NCBI GenBank assembly: GCA_963737635.1
Contig: CAVTTL010000001.1
Coordinates: 1,696,001 to 1,760,000 of the forward strand
From: an uncultured Methanoregulaceae archaeon
Lineage (GTDB): Archaea > Halobacteriota > Methanomicrobia > Methanomicrobiales > Methanospirillaceae
Direction: 5' to 3'
DNA length: 64,000 nt
Below are positions 10,842-22,103 of the stretch, piece by piece. The stretch's first letter is position 1. Each line of letters starts with the position of its first letter. A model generated the notes under the pieces. It was not told where the DNA came from and did not search any database. It saw only the letters and a list, made by a program, of their open reading frames with translations. The position numbers were made by a program, and so were the translations under genes.

Positions 10842-12805
10842 TCACGTACTGCTTTTGTGCCCGGTGTGCTTCCCGCTCTCTTTGAGCCGCTCGTTGAGTT
10901 TTTTTACCTGTTCGCGAAGCGCGATCGCCCGTTCGAAGTCGAGGTTGTCTGCCGCGTCACGCATCTGCTTTTCCAGCTCGATGACCACATTGGGGATCTC
11001 CGCCTTCGGCACGTGTTTGGTATCCTTGATATCGACTTCTTTTTCCTTGACCGGTTTTATGATCGTCTGCGGGACGATGTGATGCTCCGTATTGTAGGCG
11101 ATCTGCTTTTCACGCCGGCGTTGTGTCTCGGAGATCGCGGCCTTCATCGAGTCGGTCATGGCGTCTGCATAGAGCACCACCTTCGAATTCACGTTTCGTG
11201 CCGCTCTCCCGATAATCTGGATGAGGCTGCGGGCATCGCGGAGGAACCCTTCCTTGTCGGCGTCAAGAATGCCGATAAACCCGACCTCAGGAATATCGAG
11301 GCCTTCCCTGAGGAGATTGATCCCGACCAGAACGTCGAACTTACCCAACCGCAGTTCGCGGATAATCTCGGTGCGTTCCAGCGTCTGGATCTCCGAGTGA
11401 AGGTACCGCGTGCGGATGCCCCGGTCGGCAAGGTATTCCGAGAGTTCTTCGGCAAGTTTTTTGGTAAGCGTGGTGATAAGCACCCGGTCGCCGCGGGAAA
11501 TGGTCTTTTTTACCTCCTCGATCACGTCAAGCGTTTGGCCTTCGATGGGCCGGACCTCGACTGCCGGATCAATAAGGCCGGTCGGACGGATGATCTGTTC
11601 GACCAACTGGGTGGAGTGTTTTAATTCGTAGAGGCCAGGGGTTGCCGAGACAAAGATCGCCTGGCGCATGTACTGTTCGAACTCGAAAAATTTCAGGGGC
11701 CGGTTATCCATCGCAGAGGGGAGCCGGAAACCGTATTTCACTAAGGTTTCTTTTCGCGAACGGTCGCCGTTGTACATGCCATGCAGCTGGGGGATCGTCT
11801 GGTGGCTCTCATCGATGATCAGCAGGAAATCGTCCGGGAAATAATCGAGCAGGCAGTACGGTTTCTCGCCGGCTTTCCTGCCATCGAAGTGCCGGGAGTA
11901 GTTCTCGATCCCTTTGCAGGAGCCGGTCTCGCGGATCATTTCGAGATCGAAGTTCGTCCGCTGCCGGAGCCGGTGGGCCTCGATCAGGCCTAAGGTGGGA
12001 AGTACTTCATCGAGTTCTTCCTGTATCGAAACAATCGCGGCTTTCTGGGCACTCTCCGGGGTGACGAAGTGGCGTGCGGGGTACACATAGAAATAGTGCA
12101 TCTCTTCTTTTTTTGCCCCGGTATTTTTGTCCACTTCCCGGATGCGTTCGACCTCGTCGCCGAAGAGTTCGATCCGGATGATATCGTTAAAGTAACCGGG
12201 GACGATGTCGATCGTGTCGCCTTTGACCCGGAACCGGCCCGGGGACAAATCGATATCGTTTCGTTCGAACTGGATATCCAGAAGCCGGCTCATGATCTCG
12301 TTTCTGGTAATCTTCTGGCCGACTGCAAGATCAAAACCGAGGTTCCGGAAGTTTTCAGGGTTGCCAAGGCCAAAGATACAGGAGACCGATGCGACCACGA
12401 TCACGTCGCGCCGGTACGAGAGCGAAGCAGTTGCCGAGAGCCGGAGCATCTCGATCTTGGGATTGATTGCTGAGTCCTTCTCGATGTACTGGTCTTTTGC
12501 CGGGATGTACGACTCCGGCTGGTAATAGTCATAGTACGAGACAAAGTACTCGACCCGGTTTTTGGGGAAAAAATCGCAGAACTCCTGGTAGAGCTGGGCG
12601 GCAAGCGTCTTGTTGTGGGCGATGACAAGGGTAGGTTTATCTGCGGCCGCAATCACGTTTGCCATCGTAAAGGTCTTTCCTGAACCGGTAACGCCAAGAA
12701 GTGTCTGGAACCGGGCGTTATCCGCGAGACCGTCGTTGAGCCGCGCTATTGCTTCCGGCTGCGATCCGGCGGGGGAAAAGAAGAGACGAGCTGGAATCCT
12801 GTCAC
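10842..12805 (-). CDS. uvrB: Excinuclease ABC subunit B, apparent frameshift near 12775
   Basis: GVTGSGKT Walker A lies just upstream of the listed ORF, plus AHNKTLAAQLY, YYDYYQPE, DESH, GRAARN and a C-terminal UVR domain. The GTG at 12805 needs one more T in a T-run. Confidence 0.95.
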
Positions 12806-12884
12806 GGTGCTTAGGAGTTTTGGCCGGGATGTAAAAAGGGATTGGGATGTGGCATAACCTGTCACTACCCCGGAGACAGGTCGC

Positions 12885-14177
12885 TTATTTGGGTTTGTAA
12901 TAGCCCCATTTTTTCAGGGCTTCGTGCAGTTCCCGGGCTGTTTTAGCCTTCTCGTCCAGTGTCACGCCGTCCTGCCATGCCTCGATCGCCTGCATCGTGG
13001 CCCGTGCACCGGCCCGGGTGCCATTCGGGTGGCCATGGATCCCACCGGAGACGAGCAGGATGAGATCCTCGCCATAAATGTTGAGCACGTCGGGAACAAG
13101 GCCCGGGTGCAGGCCGCCGGATGAGACCGGGAAAGCCGTTTTGATGGACCCCCAGTCCTGGTCGAGGCACTGGTGGGGGACTTCCGTGATCTTTTTCTTG
13201 CGCAACAGATCGGCAAGGAGGATCGACTCGGTCTTTGTCCCGGTCAGTTTACCGACAGCTGTCCCGGTATGGATCTGGGAGACCCCGATCAGGCGCATAA
13301 GTTTTGCGAGGAAGTACATGGTCATCCCGTGCTTCCTGTTCCGGTCGAAGGCTGAATGAAACGCACGGTGCGCATGAATCGCGAGGCCCAGGTCAGAACA
13401 GTAGTCGCGCATCGTCATAACGCTGGCATTTCCGGCAACCACTACATCGATCATCGCATAGTTCCAGCCGTACTCGACCAGGAGATCGGCACGCTTCTTC
13501 ATGGTCTCCACGTCGGCAGAGATGTTTAAGAATGCCGATTTCCTCTCACCGGTCTCTTGTTCGGCCTTGTCCCGCAGCTGGGTCATGTATTTTACCCGGT
13601 CCTCGAACCGGTTAAAGGAGGTCGAGGTAAGATTTTCATCGTCCTTGACAAAATCAAAGCCCCCCCTCCATGTCTCGTACCCGACTTCAGCATGCTCTTT
13701 TGCCGAAAAACCGATCTTTGGTTTCGGTACGGCACCGGTGAGTGGCCGGCCGCGGATGTTCATCATTTTGCGGATCCCGTCCATGCCAAAGTGCGGCCCT
13801 TTAAATCCGCGGAGATACGCAGAAGGAAGCGACGCGTCGAGAAGGCGCAGGTTTTTGAGTGCTTTCATCCCAAAAATGTTCCCGGCAATCCCGCTCATCA
13901 GTTGTACGGCATTTCCCTCCTCCCAGAGTGCGAGAGGATAGGCGACCTTGACAAAGTGGTTATCAAACGCAAATGCGGTCGCCTCCAGCTTCTTCATTCG
14001 CGGTGGCATCGTAAACAGGGTCGTCCACGTGCCCGTTGAGCTCTCCGAGGCTATCCTGCCCGCGGCTTCTTCATCCGTGATCCCGGCTGCCGGTTCAAAA
14101 TAAAAAAGACAGACCAGATCGTCTTTTGCCGGTTCATAGGTTTTATCGACAAATTCGTTGTACCAATCAATAGCCAT
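12885..14177 (-). CDS. rbcL: RuBisCO large subunit, form III
   Basis: ASESSTGTWT, KPKIG, GGFDFVKDDENL catalytic motif, HAHRA, HTGTAVGKL, SGGLHPG, GGIHGHP. Confidence 0.95.
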   Translation of the reverse strand: MAIDWYNEFVDKTYEPAKDDLVCLFYFEPAAGITDEEAAGRIASESSTGTWTTLFTMPPRMKKLEATAFAFDNHFVKVAYPLALWEEGNAVQLMSGIAGNIFGMKALKNLRLLDASLPSAYLRGFKGPHFGMDGIRKMMNIRGRPLTGAVPKPKIGFSAKEHAEVGYETWRGGFDFVKDDENLTSTSFNRFEDRVKYMTQLRDKAEQETGERKSAFLNISADVETMKKRADLLVEYGWNYAMIDVVVAGNASVMTMRDYCSDLGLAIHAHRAFHSAFDRNRKHGMTMYFLAKLMRLIGVSQIHTGTAVGKLTGTKTESILLADLLRKKKITEVPHQCLDQDWGSIKTAFPVSSGGLHPGLVPDVLNIYGEDLILLVSGGIHGHPNGTRAGARATMQAIEAWQDGVTLDEKAKTARELHEALKKWGYYKPK

Positions 14178-14289
14178 AGCGCTTACCGTACCTACCAATG
14201 CGTGCATGAGTCAAAAATCTTCAGGTCGGAAAACAGGCGGGTTTTTCACCGGGCAGGAATATCCCCCTTGGCATGTCTGGAGAGCCAGT

Positions 14290-14330
14290 TTTAGGTAGAC
14301 CGAAATCATTTTTATTTAGGGCGTCCTAAT
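14290..14330. promoter_or_regulatory. Two DtxR/IdeR-type operator palindromes flanking a TATA-like element
   Basis: TTTAGGTAGACCGAAA (14290-14305) and TTTAGGGCGTCCTAAT (14315-14330), i.e. TTAGG-N4-CCTAA, around TTTTTATTT and directly before the dtxR ATG. Confidence 0.75.
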
Positions 14331-14340
14331 AAGTACTTAG

Positions 14341-15060
14341 ATGGCACAGGAACAAATCGAGGAATATCTCGAAGCGATCTACGATATTGCCGGTACTGAA
14401 GGCGCTGCAAAGACCACGGCGATTGCAAAGTGCCTCAAAGTTGCGCCGGCGAGTGTGACCGAGGCGCTCCAGAGCCTGGCAGAGAAGAACCTCGTGAACT
14501 ACGAGCCATACCGGGGTGCGAGCCTTACCGGCGAGGGAAAGAAAATTGCCGAGACGATCAAACGCCGGCACCGGCTGCTGGAAGTGTTTCTGGCCGATGT
14601 CCTGCATATCAACCGGGCAAAGGTGCACGATGAGGCCTGCCGGATGGAACATACGATCTCGGAAGAAACTGAATGTGCCCTCTGTAAGATGCTGGACGCG
14701 CCATCGCGCTGCCCGCACGGGAGCCCCATCAGACCGTGTGACAAAGGAATCACGAATTGTGCAGACTGCAGGACCCAAGCAGAAACAGAAAATGCCCCTG
14801 CATCGAGAGAGCGAAAGATCATTCCGATCACGGAACTTGGCCCCGATGACAAGGGGAAAATCGCGTTTATCCGCGGTGATTGCAATATCGTCCAGCGTCT
14901 TTCGAATCTCGGCCTGACCCTCGGGACAATGGTGTCGATTAAACGTAAGGTGCCCATGAACGAGCCGGTAGAAGTGTTCGTGCACCGGACAAAACAAGTC
15001 ATCGACTATTCCCTTGCCGATGATATCTTCGTCCAATCGTCGGTTACGGGGGATCCATGA
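14341..15060 (+). CDS. DtxR/IdeR/MntR metal-dependent repressor with C-terminal FeoA domain
   Basis: EEYLEAIY, VAPASVTE HTH, RRHRLLEVFL, EACRMEH, CPHGSPI, and a FeoA/SH3-like tail. Confidence 0.92.
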   Translation: MAQEQIEEYLEAIYDIAGTEGAAKTTAIAKCLKVAPASVTEALQSLAEKNLVNYEPYRGASLTGEGKKIAETIKRRHRLLEVFLADVLHINRAKVHDEACRMEHTISEETECALCKMLDAPSRCPHGSPIRPCDKGITNCADCRTQAETENAPASRERKIIPITELGPDDKGKIAFIRGDCNIVQRLSNLGLTLGTMVSIKRKVPMNEPVEVFVHRTKQVIDYSLADDIFVQSSVTGDP

Positions 15061-15341
15061 CCCCATCAGATCCGCCATCGCGGGAACCGGTATCCTCCAG
15101 TGAAGCGGCTATCACCCTTGACACAATAAAACCTCCAGCCCGGTGCCGGATTGTGGCAGTTCCCACACGGGGGCCGTTCCGGCAGCGTCTCCTTGCTATG
15201 GGTATTATTCCGGGGGCAGAAATCGAAGTGATCAGGGCCGCACCCATGGGTGACCCCATCGAATACCTGGTGAAAGGGTATCATCTTTCTCTCAGGAAGG
15301 ACGAATCCCGATACATCACAGTGACCTGCGAGCGAGTTTGA
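15057..15341 (+). CDS. feoA: Ferrous iron transport protein A
   Basis: RLLAMGIIPG..I.VIRAAPMGDPIE..VKGYHLSLRK. Confidence 0.92.
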   Translation: MTPSDPPSREPVSSSEAAITLDTIKPPARCRIVAVPTRGPFRQRLLAMGIIPGAEIEVIRAAPMGDPIEYLVKGYHLSLRKDESRYITVTCERV

Positions 15342-15604
15342 TCATGCAGAAAATTCCTCTTGCGCTCCTTGCTGCCGGGACAGGAGCGATGATCGAAGAC
15401 GTCCATGCAACCGATGGGCTACTCCGGCATCTCACCGCTATGGGGCTCTTGCCCGGTTCCCGGGTAACCGTGGTTTGTGCGGATCGCGGATCCCTTATTA
15501 TTTCGGTTTCTGGATCCCGCTATGCGCTCTCACGTGGGATGGCCATGAAGATACTCGTTCGTGACTCAAATTCCGATGACAAAACACAGGCAGATGCACA
15601 ATGA
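15338..15604 (+). CDS. feoA: Ferrous iron transport protein A (second copy)
   Basis: LTAMGLLPGS.V, GSRYALSRGMAMKILV. Confidence 0.88.
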   Translation: MIMQKIPLALLAAGTGAMIEDVHATDGLLRHLTAMGLLPGSRVTVVCADRGSLIISVSGSRYALSRGMAMKILVRDSNSDDKTQADAQ

Positions 15605-17602
15605 AAAAAACACTCCGTTTCGCGCTCGCTGGCAATCCGAATGTTGGCAAAAGCACACTTTTTAACGCAATCACCGGTTCTCACCAACATGTCGGCAACT
15701 GGCCGGGTGTGACTGTCGAAAAAAAAAGTGGATCCGTCCAGCACGGAGGCTACGATATCGAAATTATCGATCTCCCCGGTACCTACAGCCTGACCGCATA
15801 TTCCGCAGATGAAGTGATCGCCCGGGATTTCCTTATCGATGAAAAACCGGATGTTGTCATTCATGTTGTGGACGCAACCAATCTCGAACGCAACCTGTAT
15901 CTTACCACCCAGCTCCTAGAAATCGGCACCCCTGTTGTGATCGCCCTTAATATGTCTGATATGTCCGAGACAAGGGGAGACCGGATCAACCCGAAGAAGA
16001 TGGAGGAATATCTTGAAATCCCTGTTGTCAGGACTGTAGGAAGCCGGGGCGAGGGAATCCCTAAGCTGCTCAGTGCAGCAATAAAAGAAGCAGAAACATC
16101 CCCACACCACGAACACTCCATCGGGTATGGTAATACAACGGAAGGCGTGATCGCAGAGCTGTGCAAGATAATCGACCAGGATACAGCACTCATCTCGCGA
16201 TACCCTGCCCGCTGGCTTTCTATCCGGCTCCTTGAAGGGGATGAGAATGCCATTGAAAAAATCAAAGGAAGTCCAATCCAGAAAGACGTTGAAACTGTTC
16301 TTTCGAGGATCGATACCGGGGAGTACGAAGCAACGATGGCTGACCGCCGGTACGAAGTGATCTCCGCGATCCTGCCTCAGGTCTGCGTTACCTGTGTGAA
16401 AGACATGAGTGCTTCCGATCTCATTGACCGGGTTGTCACGAACCGGTACCTGGGTATACCAATATTCCTTGCGCTTATGTGGGGGGCGTTTGAACTCACG
16501 TTCGCTGTCGCCTCGCCTTTTACTTCTGCAATCACTGCGGCCATGGGCGTTCTTGGAACTGCCGTAACCGCCGGTGTGGGACCGGCCTGGCTTGCCTCGT
16601 TTATCAGAGACGGCATTATTGGCGGGGTAGGAACCGTTCTCTCGTTTGTTCCCAATATTTTCATTCTCATCCTGATCCTTGCAATCCTTGAAGATAGCGG
16701 ATATCTTGCCCGTGCAGCATTTATCATGGACCGGCTGATGTATTCCATCGGTCTTCCCGGCAAATCATTTATCCCGATGTTGATCGGGTTTGGTTGCAAT
16801 GTTCCGGCGATCATGGCAACCCGAACCATCGAAGATCAGAAAGACCGGTTAATTACGATCCTTGTCAACCCGTTCATATCCTGCGGTGCCCGCCTGCCGG
16901 TGTATGTTCTCTTTGCAGGCGCTTTTTTCCCGCATAATGCGGGGACGGTGATATTCGGATTGTACGTCCTTGGTATTGTGATTGCGATCCTATCGGCAAA
17001 ACTCTTCCGGGCAACTATCCTTCCAGGAAAACCGGCGCCGTTTTTGATGGAGATGCCACCCTACCGGCTCCCGACAGTTAAAACGTCGCTTATCCATATG
17101 TGGGACCGGGGATCCATGTATCTCCGGAAAGCCGGTGGTGTCATTTTTGGCGTTGCCGTTGTTGTCTGGGGACTGGCGTCCTTTCCCTATGGGGTCGAGT
17201 TTGGAGGAGCGCAGAGCTGATGCCGGCATGATCGGACACGCGATCCAGCCGCTCGTGCAGCCGCTTGGGTTTGGCTGGCAGATCTCAGTCGCGCTCCTCT
17301 TCGGCTTCATGGCAAAAGAGGTCGTGATCGGGTCGCTCGGCGTCCTGTATGGTGTCGGGGACAACGGAGGGGCACTGAGTCATGCATTGCTTGCCGATCC
17401 ATCCCTTGGACCGGTAACTGCATTGACGATCATGGTCTTTGTGCTGCTTTACCTGCCCTGCATGGCCTCCCTTGCCGTTATCAGAAAGGAGACCGGATCC
17501 TGGAAATGGACCGGATTTTCCGTTCTCTATGGTCTCACAGTAGCGTATATCGCCGCGTTCATTGTGGCGCATGTGGGTGTGTTTATCATGGGAAGGGTCT
17601 GA
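15601..17602 (+). CDS. feoB: Ferrous iron transporter B, apparent frameshift near 17219
   Basis: GNPNVGKS, GNWPGVT, DLPGTYSL, NMSD, GFGCNVP, CGARLPVY. The C-terminal part (AKEVV, LYLPC) is in ORF 17135-17602. Confidence 0.95.
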
Positions 17603-17603
17603 A

Positions 17604-18044
17604 ATGTCAACATCGCAAAAAGTGATCTTTTCCTGGATCGTGGGCCTGCTGTATTGTCTTTTTGGAGTTCTCCAGATCCTATCGGTAATCGTACCGGGGC
17701 TTGCCAGGATCCTGGCGCCCCTCATGATCCCGTCTGATATCGCATCAGGTTTCGTACTCTGCGTAATCGGCGCGGTGTTTATTGTCGGGGCACAGGAGAT
17801 GCACGCCCGGATTGCCGGCGGCGAAGCGTTCCTGTACGTTGGGATGCTCCTCTCGGTTGCCTTTGGCCTGATCATGCTGCTTGATCTCGGGGCGCAAGGA
17901 ATCGATACGATACTCTTTGGGAATGAGGGAAATTCCTGGTCAGTAACACAGATGATCGTGCCGATGCTCTACCTCGCTATGTTCTCTCTTATCGGGTTTG
18001 CAGCATGGGGACGCAGTTTTATAGAGGATATTATACCTGCTTAA
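17604..18044 (+). CDS. Hypothetical 4-TM membrane protein in feo operon
   Basis: Starts 1 nt after the feoB stop (MSTSQK), four hydrophobic segments. Confidence 0.7.
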   Translation: MSTSQKVIFSWIVGLLYCLFGVLQILSVIVPGLARILAPLMIPSDIASGFVLCVIGAVFIVGAQEMHARIAGGEAFLYVGMLLSVAFGLIMLLDLGAQGIDTILFGNEGNSWSVTQMIVPMLYLAMFSLIGFAAWGRSFIEDIIPA

Positions 18045-18341
18045 ATGAGGTGTCTCATGATCGAGTCTATCGCAAGAAAGATCCGAGATGGAGGTTATTC
18101 AGCAGCAGATCTTGCGGCAAGTGTGGGGCTCTCACAGGAGCAACTGAAAAACCGCCTTGCCCTTATGGAGCGGCAAGGGTACATTGTCCGGGTAGAGGAC
18201 TGCGGGCCGGTGGATGGAGGATGTGGATACTGCAGCTCGTGTCCCTCATGCAGCGACAAGGATCGTGCGATGCTTCCGGTGCAGTATCGTCTAACCAAAA
18301 AAGGGGAACTTCTTGTTGAAAGCAAGATTCCGCGTACCTGA
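18045..18341 (+). CDS. FeoC-like winged-helix protein with Cys cluster
   Basis: Short wHTH (SAADLAASVGLS...LALMERQGYI) followed by C-x6-CxxCxxCxxC; last gene of the feo operon. Confidence 0.72.
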   Translation: MRCLMIESIARKIRDGGYSAADLAASVGLSQEQLKNRLALMERQGYIVRVEDCGPVDGGCGYCSSCPSCSDKDRAMLPVQYRLTKKGELLVESKIPRT

Positions 18342-18424
18342 ATTTCCGATGCGTTTCCTGAAAAGAAGATTTACAGAGAGAGCCGCCTTGGCAAAAGATC
18401 AGGTTTCTTGTATCTGGCTCTCGA

Positions 18425-20015
18425 TCATAGATTGATTGTAGCGACAGGTACGAATGGGGGTTTGCCGGTATTCGGATCGACAAGAAGTGCAACCGCTCCC
18501 CGCGGTGTGTTTTTACTGATCTGCGTAACCATTCTGCTGTTGTTATACACTTCAACGGTCAGGTTATCGCCGGAGGAGTCCAGCTTCTGGAAGTCGGCTT
18601 GGACAAGGTCGTTGCTGTTCTTTATCGGATAGAACTGTTCCCCGGTTCCCCGGACTTCTATGAGACTTCCCGGGTTCCCGTATTCCCCAAAATAGGTGCC
18701 GTTATAGGTCACTTTGACCCATACCCCTTCTGCAGGGACAAGGGCTGGTGCTATGGTCGATGTCTGCTGCAGGGGGGTCACGGTCGGCGTGACTATACTG
18801 TGATCTGCATTATGTGCATTTCCCGGAAGGGACAGGAACATAACCGCAGACACGCCACAAATGACGAGAATCACAAGAATCATTGCAACAATCATCGTGG
18901 CCGGCTTTTTTTCCGGGTGCGGTCCGGCATCACGACCCGTTCCTACAGGGAGGATCGGGGGCGATGCGGACGCTGGCGCGGCATCAGGTATATCTCCGGA
19001 GAGTACCGGGAATACGACACCGTCTGGTACCCCGACAGGTTCCCCGGTTCCTGGCTGAAATGCTATGGTTTCTTCGATCTGAACAGGTACAACCTCTTCA
19101 ATCTGCCTGGATAATGCCTCGATGTCGGTTAACGGCCCGGCCCGCTGCTCGTCCAGGACGGACCGGGGCGGGATGATCCTGAACCTCTGGTTCTGGCTCC
19201 CTTAAGGGTGCTGCTGTATCGGGTGCATTTTCCGTTCTCTTTTCAGGAATGGCGTTCTCCCGGTCCAGGACTGGTTCTGCGCGGAGAGTTTCCTCAGGCG
19301 CATCAGGTAGGTTGTTCGCCGTCCCTTGGAGTGTTTCATGGTACGATGATGCTCCGGATAGGGGTGCGAGATCACGGTGTTCCTCGTCGGCCAGGGAATC
19401 GGGCGTCGGGGATCCCGTTTCGGATTCAGGCTCTAAGGAGATCTCGTGTCCGGTGTCATCCGGCGACGGTTCTTCTCTTATGTCATCCTGCTTCTCGTGT
19501 GCGGCCTGCATTGCTGAAAGTAATGCCTCAGATGGTCGCCGGCTCTTCTGCGGTACTTTTGTATGGGGAAGGAGGATCTCAGGGGCGCTGAAGCGGCGGA
19601 CGGTGGCGTCGGTGCCCGGGGATTTTACCGCCGCAGGCCGTTTTCCTGCCGGTACCGGCTCGTTGCGGATGGATACCACAAGCTCGATCAGTTTTTTAAC
19701 CCAGAGATCGCATTCTGCAGTCCGGTCCTGGTACGGTTGCTGGGAAAAGATCAGATCAAGCGTTTTTGCGTCATCGATGCCAGCCGGGTCGATGACCGTG
19801 AGGGTGATAAACGGTTCACGTGCCGGTGTCGTTCCGCCTTTGACCGATAATATGGTGGCAAACGGGATGACCTGAGGCTGGTCACGGAAATGGTCGCTGT
19901 CGACAAGGGCAAGGCGGTGGCTGGTGAGGATCAGATCGTACTCAGCATCGTCGATGAGTACCCTGTCCGTCGTCAGGATAATAGATTCGCCGCTTTTGAG
20001 GTAGGGACCGGCCAT
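18425..20015 (-). CDS. Hypothetical single-pass membrane protein (PH-like N-domain, acidic Pro-rich linker, TM, small extracellular domain), frameshift near 19165
   Basis: ORF 19098-20108 (likely start MAGPYLKSGESIIL) joins by one frame change to an open frame reading through to ORF 18425-18895. Confidence 0.65.
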
Positions 20016-20192
20016 ATCTGGTGACTTCCGGAATATATTTTCGTTGTCTGTAGTGATATGCTTTTTAGGTAATTGTTCCCCGGGATCCTGAAATCTCCTT
20101 TTGTACATCTAGTATGTGGGCCGCGAAAAGAGGCCGGGGTTTCCTTGATATAGTTCTCTGAAGATACCAGATACACGGGAAATGATACCGGG

Positions 20193-20845
20193 ATGAAGGC
20201 GGTTCTTATTTTTTCCGGCGGGATGGACAGCACCACCCTTCTGTATGACCTTATCCACCAGGGGCATGAGGTCAGTGCAGTTACGTTCGACTATTGCCAG
20301 AAACACAAAAAAGAGATCCGGTGCGCAGAAAAGACCTGTGCAAAACAAAATGTCCCTCATATCCTTGTCAACCTTCAGGTTCTTGGCGATCTTGCTCCCT
20401 CCAGCCTCACCCGGGACTCGTGGACGGTTCCCGAAGGCCATTATGCAGAAGAGACGATGAAGCAGACTGTTGTCCCGAACCGGAACATGATCTTCTTGAG
20501 TCTTGCTGCTGCCTACGCGATTGGCATTGGTGCCAAAAACCTGTATTATGCAGCTCACGCCGGGGACCATGCCATCTATCCTGACTGCCGGCGGCGTTTG
20601 TAAGTGCCATGACGACGGCAATGCACCTGTGCGACTGGAACGATCTTGTGCTCCATGCACCCTATCTCTGGCTCTCCAAAAGCGACATTGTCGAAAAAGG
20701 TATCAGGCTCGGGGTGGATTATGCGGATACCTGGTCATGTTACAAAGGTGAGGAGTTCTCCTGCGGAAAATGCGGGGCCTGCACCGAACGGCGCGAGGCG
20801 TTCGAATTGGCTGGTGCGGTAGATCCTCTGGAATACCAGCAATAA
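20193..20845 (+). CDS. queC: 7-cyano-7-deazaguanine synthase, apparent frameshift near 20590
   Basis: SGGMDS PP-loop, VPNRN, YPDCR, TWSCY..CGKCGAC.ER. Confidence 0.93.
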
Positions 20846-20875
20846 ACCATTCCCTGACAGGAAAACCTGGAGGGT

Positions 20876-21262
20876 CTATGGGTTTTCAAAGGCAAAATCG
20901 ACCCGGTAATCCTGCGAGCACTCGCCATCGAGTATGGTCTCGTACGTCCGGGTCTCACCTGATCCAATGCTTCCGATAAAGACGGATCGCGAATCCCGGA
21001 TGGTACCGGTGCCGGTGTTGACGAGATTGAAGTCCAGCATCAGGTTCTCCGGGGAACTATTTCCCGCGTTGTAAACGTATCCGGTCAGATCTGTATAGCA
21101 GCCATATTCCGGCGACCACGAGTCATGGAATTCATAGTGGGTGTGAAGCGAGCCCGCCGAGCTGTCTTGTACGGTCGTCGCGCTGAGACAGCCGGCACCT
21201 GCGGCAAGTGCCATTACGAGAAGGAGAAGAGAAGCGTAAAGATAGTTTTTTGCGGGATACAT
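20876..21262 (-). CDS. Putative lipoprotein with FxLYD-like Ig domain
   Basis: Signal peptide with AGC lipobox, TGYVYNAG, IGSIGSGETRTY. Confidence 0.65.
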   Translation of the reverse strand: MYPAKNYLYASLLLLVMALAAGAGCLSATTVQDSSAGSLHTHYEFHDSWSPEYGCYTDLTGYVYNAGNSSPENLMLDFNLVNTGTGTIRDSRSVFIGSIGSGETRTYETILDGECSQDYRVDFAFENP

Positions 21263-21310
21263 GATCGATTTTCTCTGCGATGGTTGGTTGTTCCCAAAAA
21301 GGGGAATGGG

Positions 21311-22098
21311 TTACTTGAGCACCAGAATCGATTCAGGTGCACGGATAATGAGTGCCAAGCTCTCGTAGATCTGGAATTCGAGGAGATCCCCGATTGGCCC
21401 ATTGTACGCGGTTATCATGTCCTGACCGATGGCAATAGATGCGTACTGGCTGCCAGAGGAGAGCAGCACCCCGCCTTTCTTGAGTACGGGTGCTTTAACC
21501 ACACCGTCGGTGACCATCGAACGGATGTGGTCGAGCTCGGTTCCGTCTCCCTGGGGGTACCGCCTCAGGAGGAGGTTGTACTGTCCGGGGCAAGAGCCAT
21601 ACTATAGGGTCCGTGGAAGCCTGCATCATCAAGCTTTGTTATTGCATCGATGATCTGGTCTGCAGCTGAACCTACCTTGTCCCACTTGGTCAGGGTAAGG
21701 GTACCTGCCCCTTCTGCGTTGAGCAGTCCCGATATACCGGCAAGCCCTGAGAAGATGATCTTGTCCTCTTTTGTGGCTGCATCCATCGCGGCACACGCAA
21801 CTGATCCCGTGTCCAGGATGAGGTGATCGCGTTCATACGCTGCCAGATCGCGCTTGGCAAGGGAAAATTCGGTCCTGATCATCGTCAGGGGAATTGCAGT
21901 ACTCCCGATGATCCCGTCTTCGATGGTATAGTCTCCCAGAGGGATATTCTTAAGACCAAACCCGTAGGGTCCTTCGATAGGAAGGATCCGGCGACCGGAT
22001 AACTGGCTTTTTGCGGCCTGAACTGTTACGTCATCGAGCAGTTTCCACGTTGCCGCTTCAATCGGTGCATCATCTCGTCCAAGATAGGTATTTGCCAT
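21311..22098 (-). CDS. Family 1 encapsulin shell protein (linocin M18/HK97 fold), apparent frameshift near 21586
   Basis: YLGRDDAPI...W, LSGRRILPIEGPYG, EDKIIFSG...GLL, GFHGPY, IGQDMITAY, FQIYESL. The joined length is about 262 aa. Confidence 0.9.
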
Positions 22099-22103
22099 GG
22101 TTT

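Noticed and set aside
12885-14177. RuBisCO as evidence for a Calvin cycle or carboxysome (with the encapsulin)
   Set aside because: It is a form III enzyme with no small subunit or shell genes and no cargo-loading peptide; the encapsulin has its own ferritin-like cargo.
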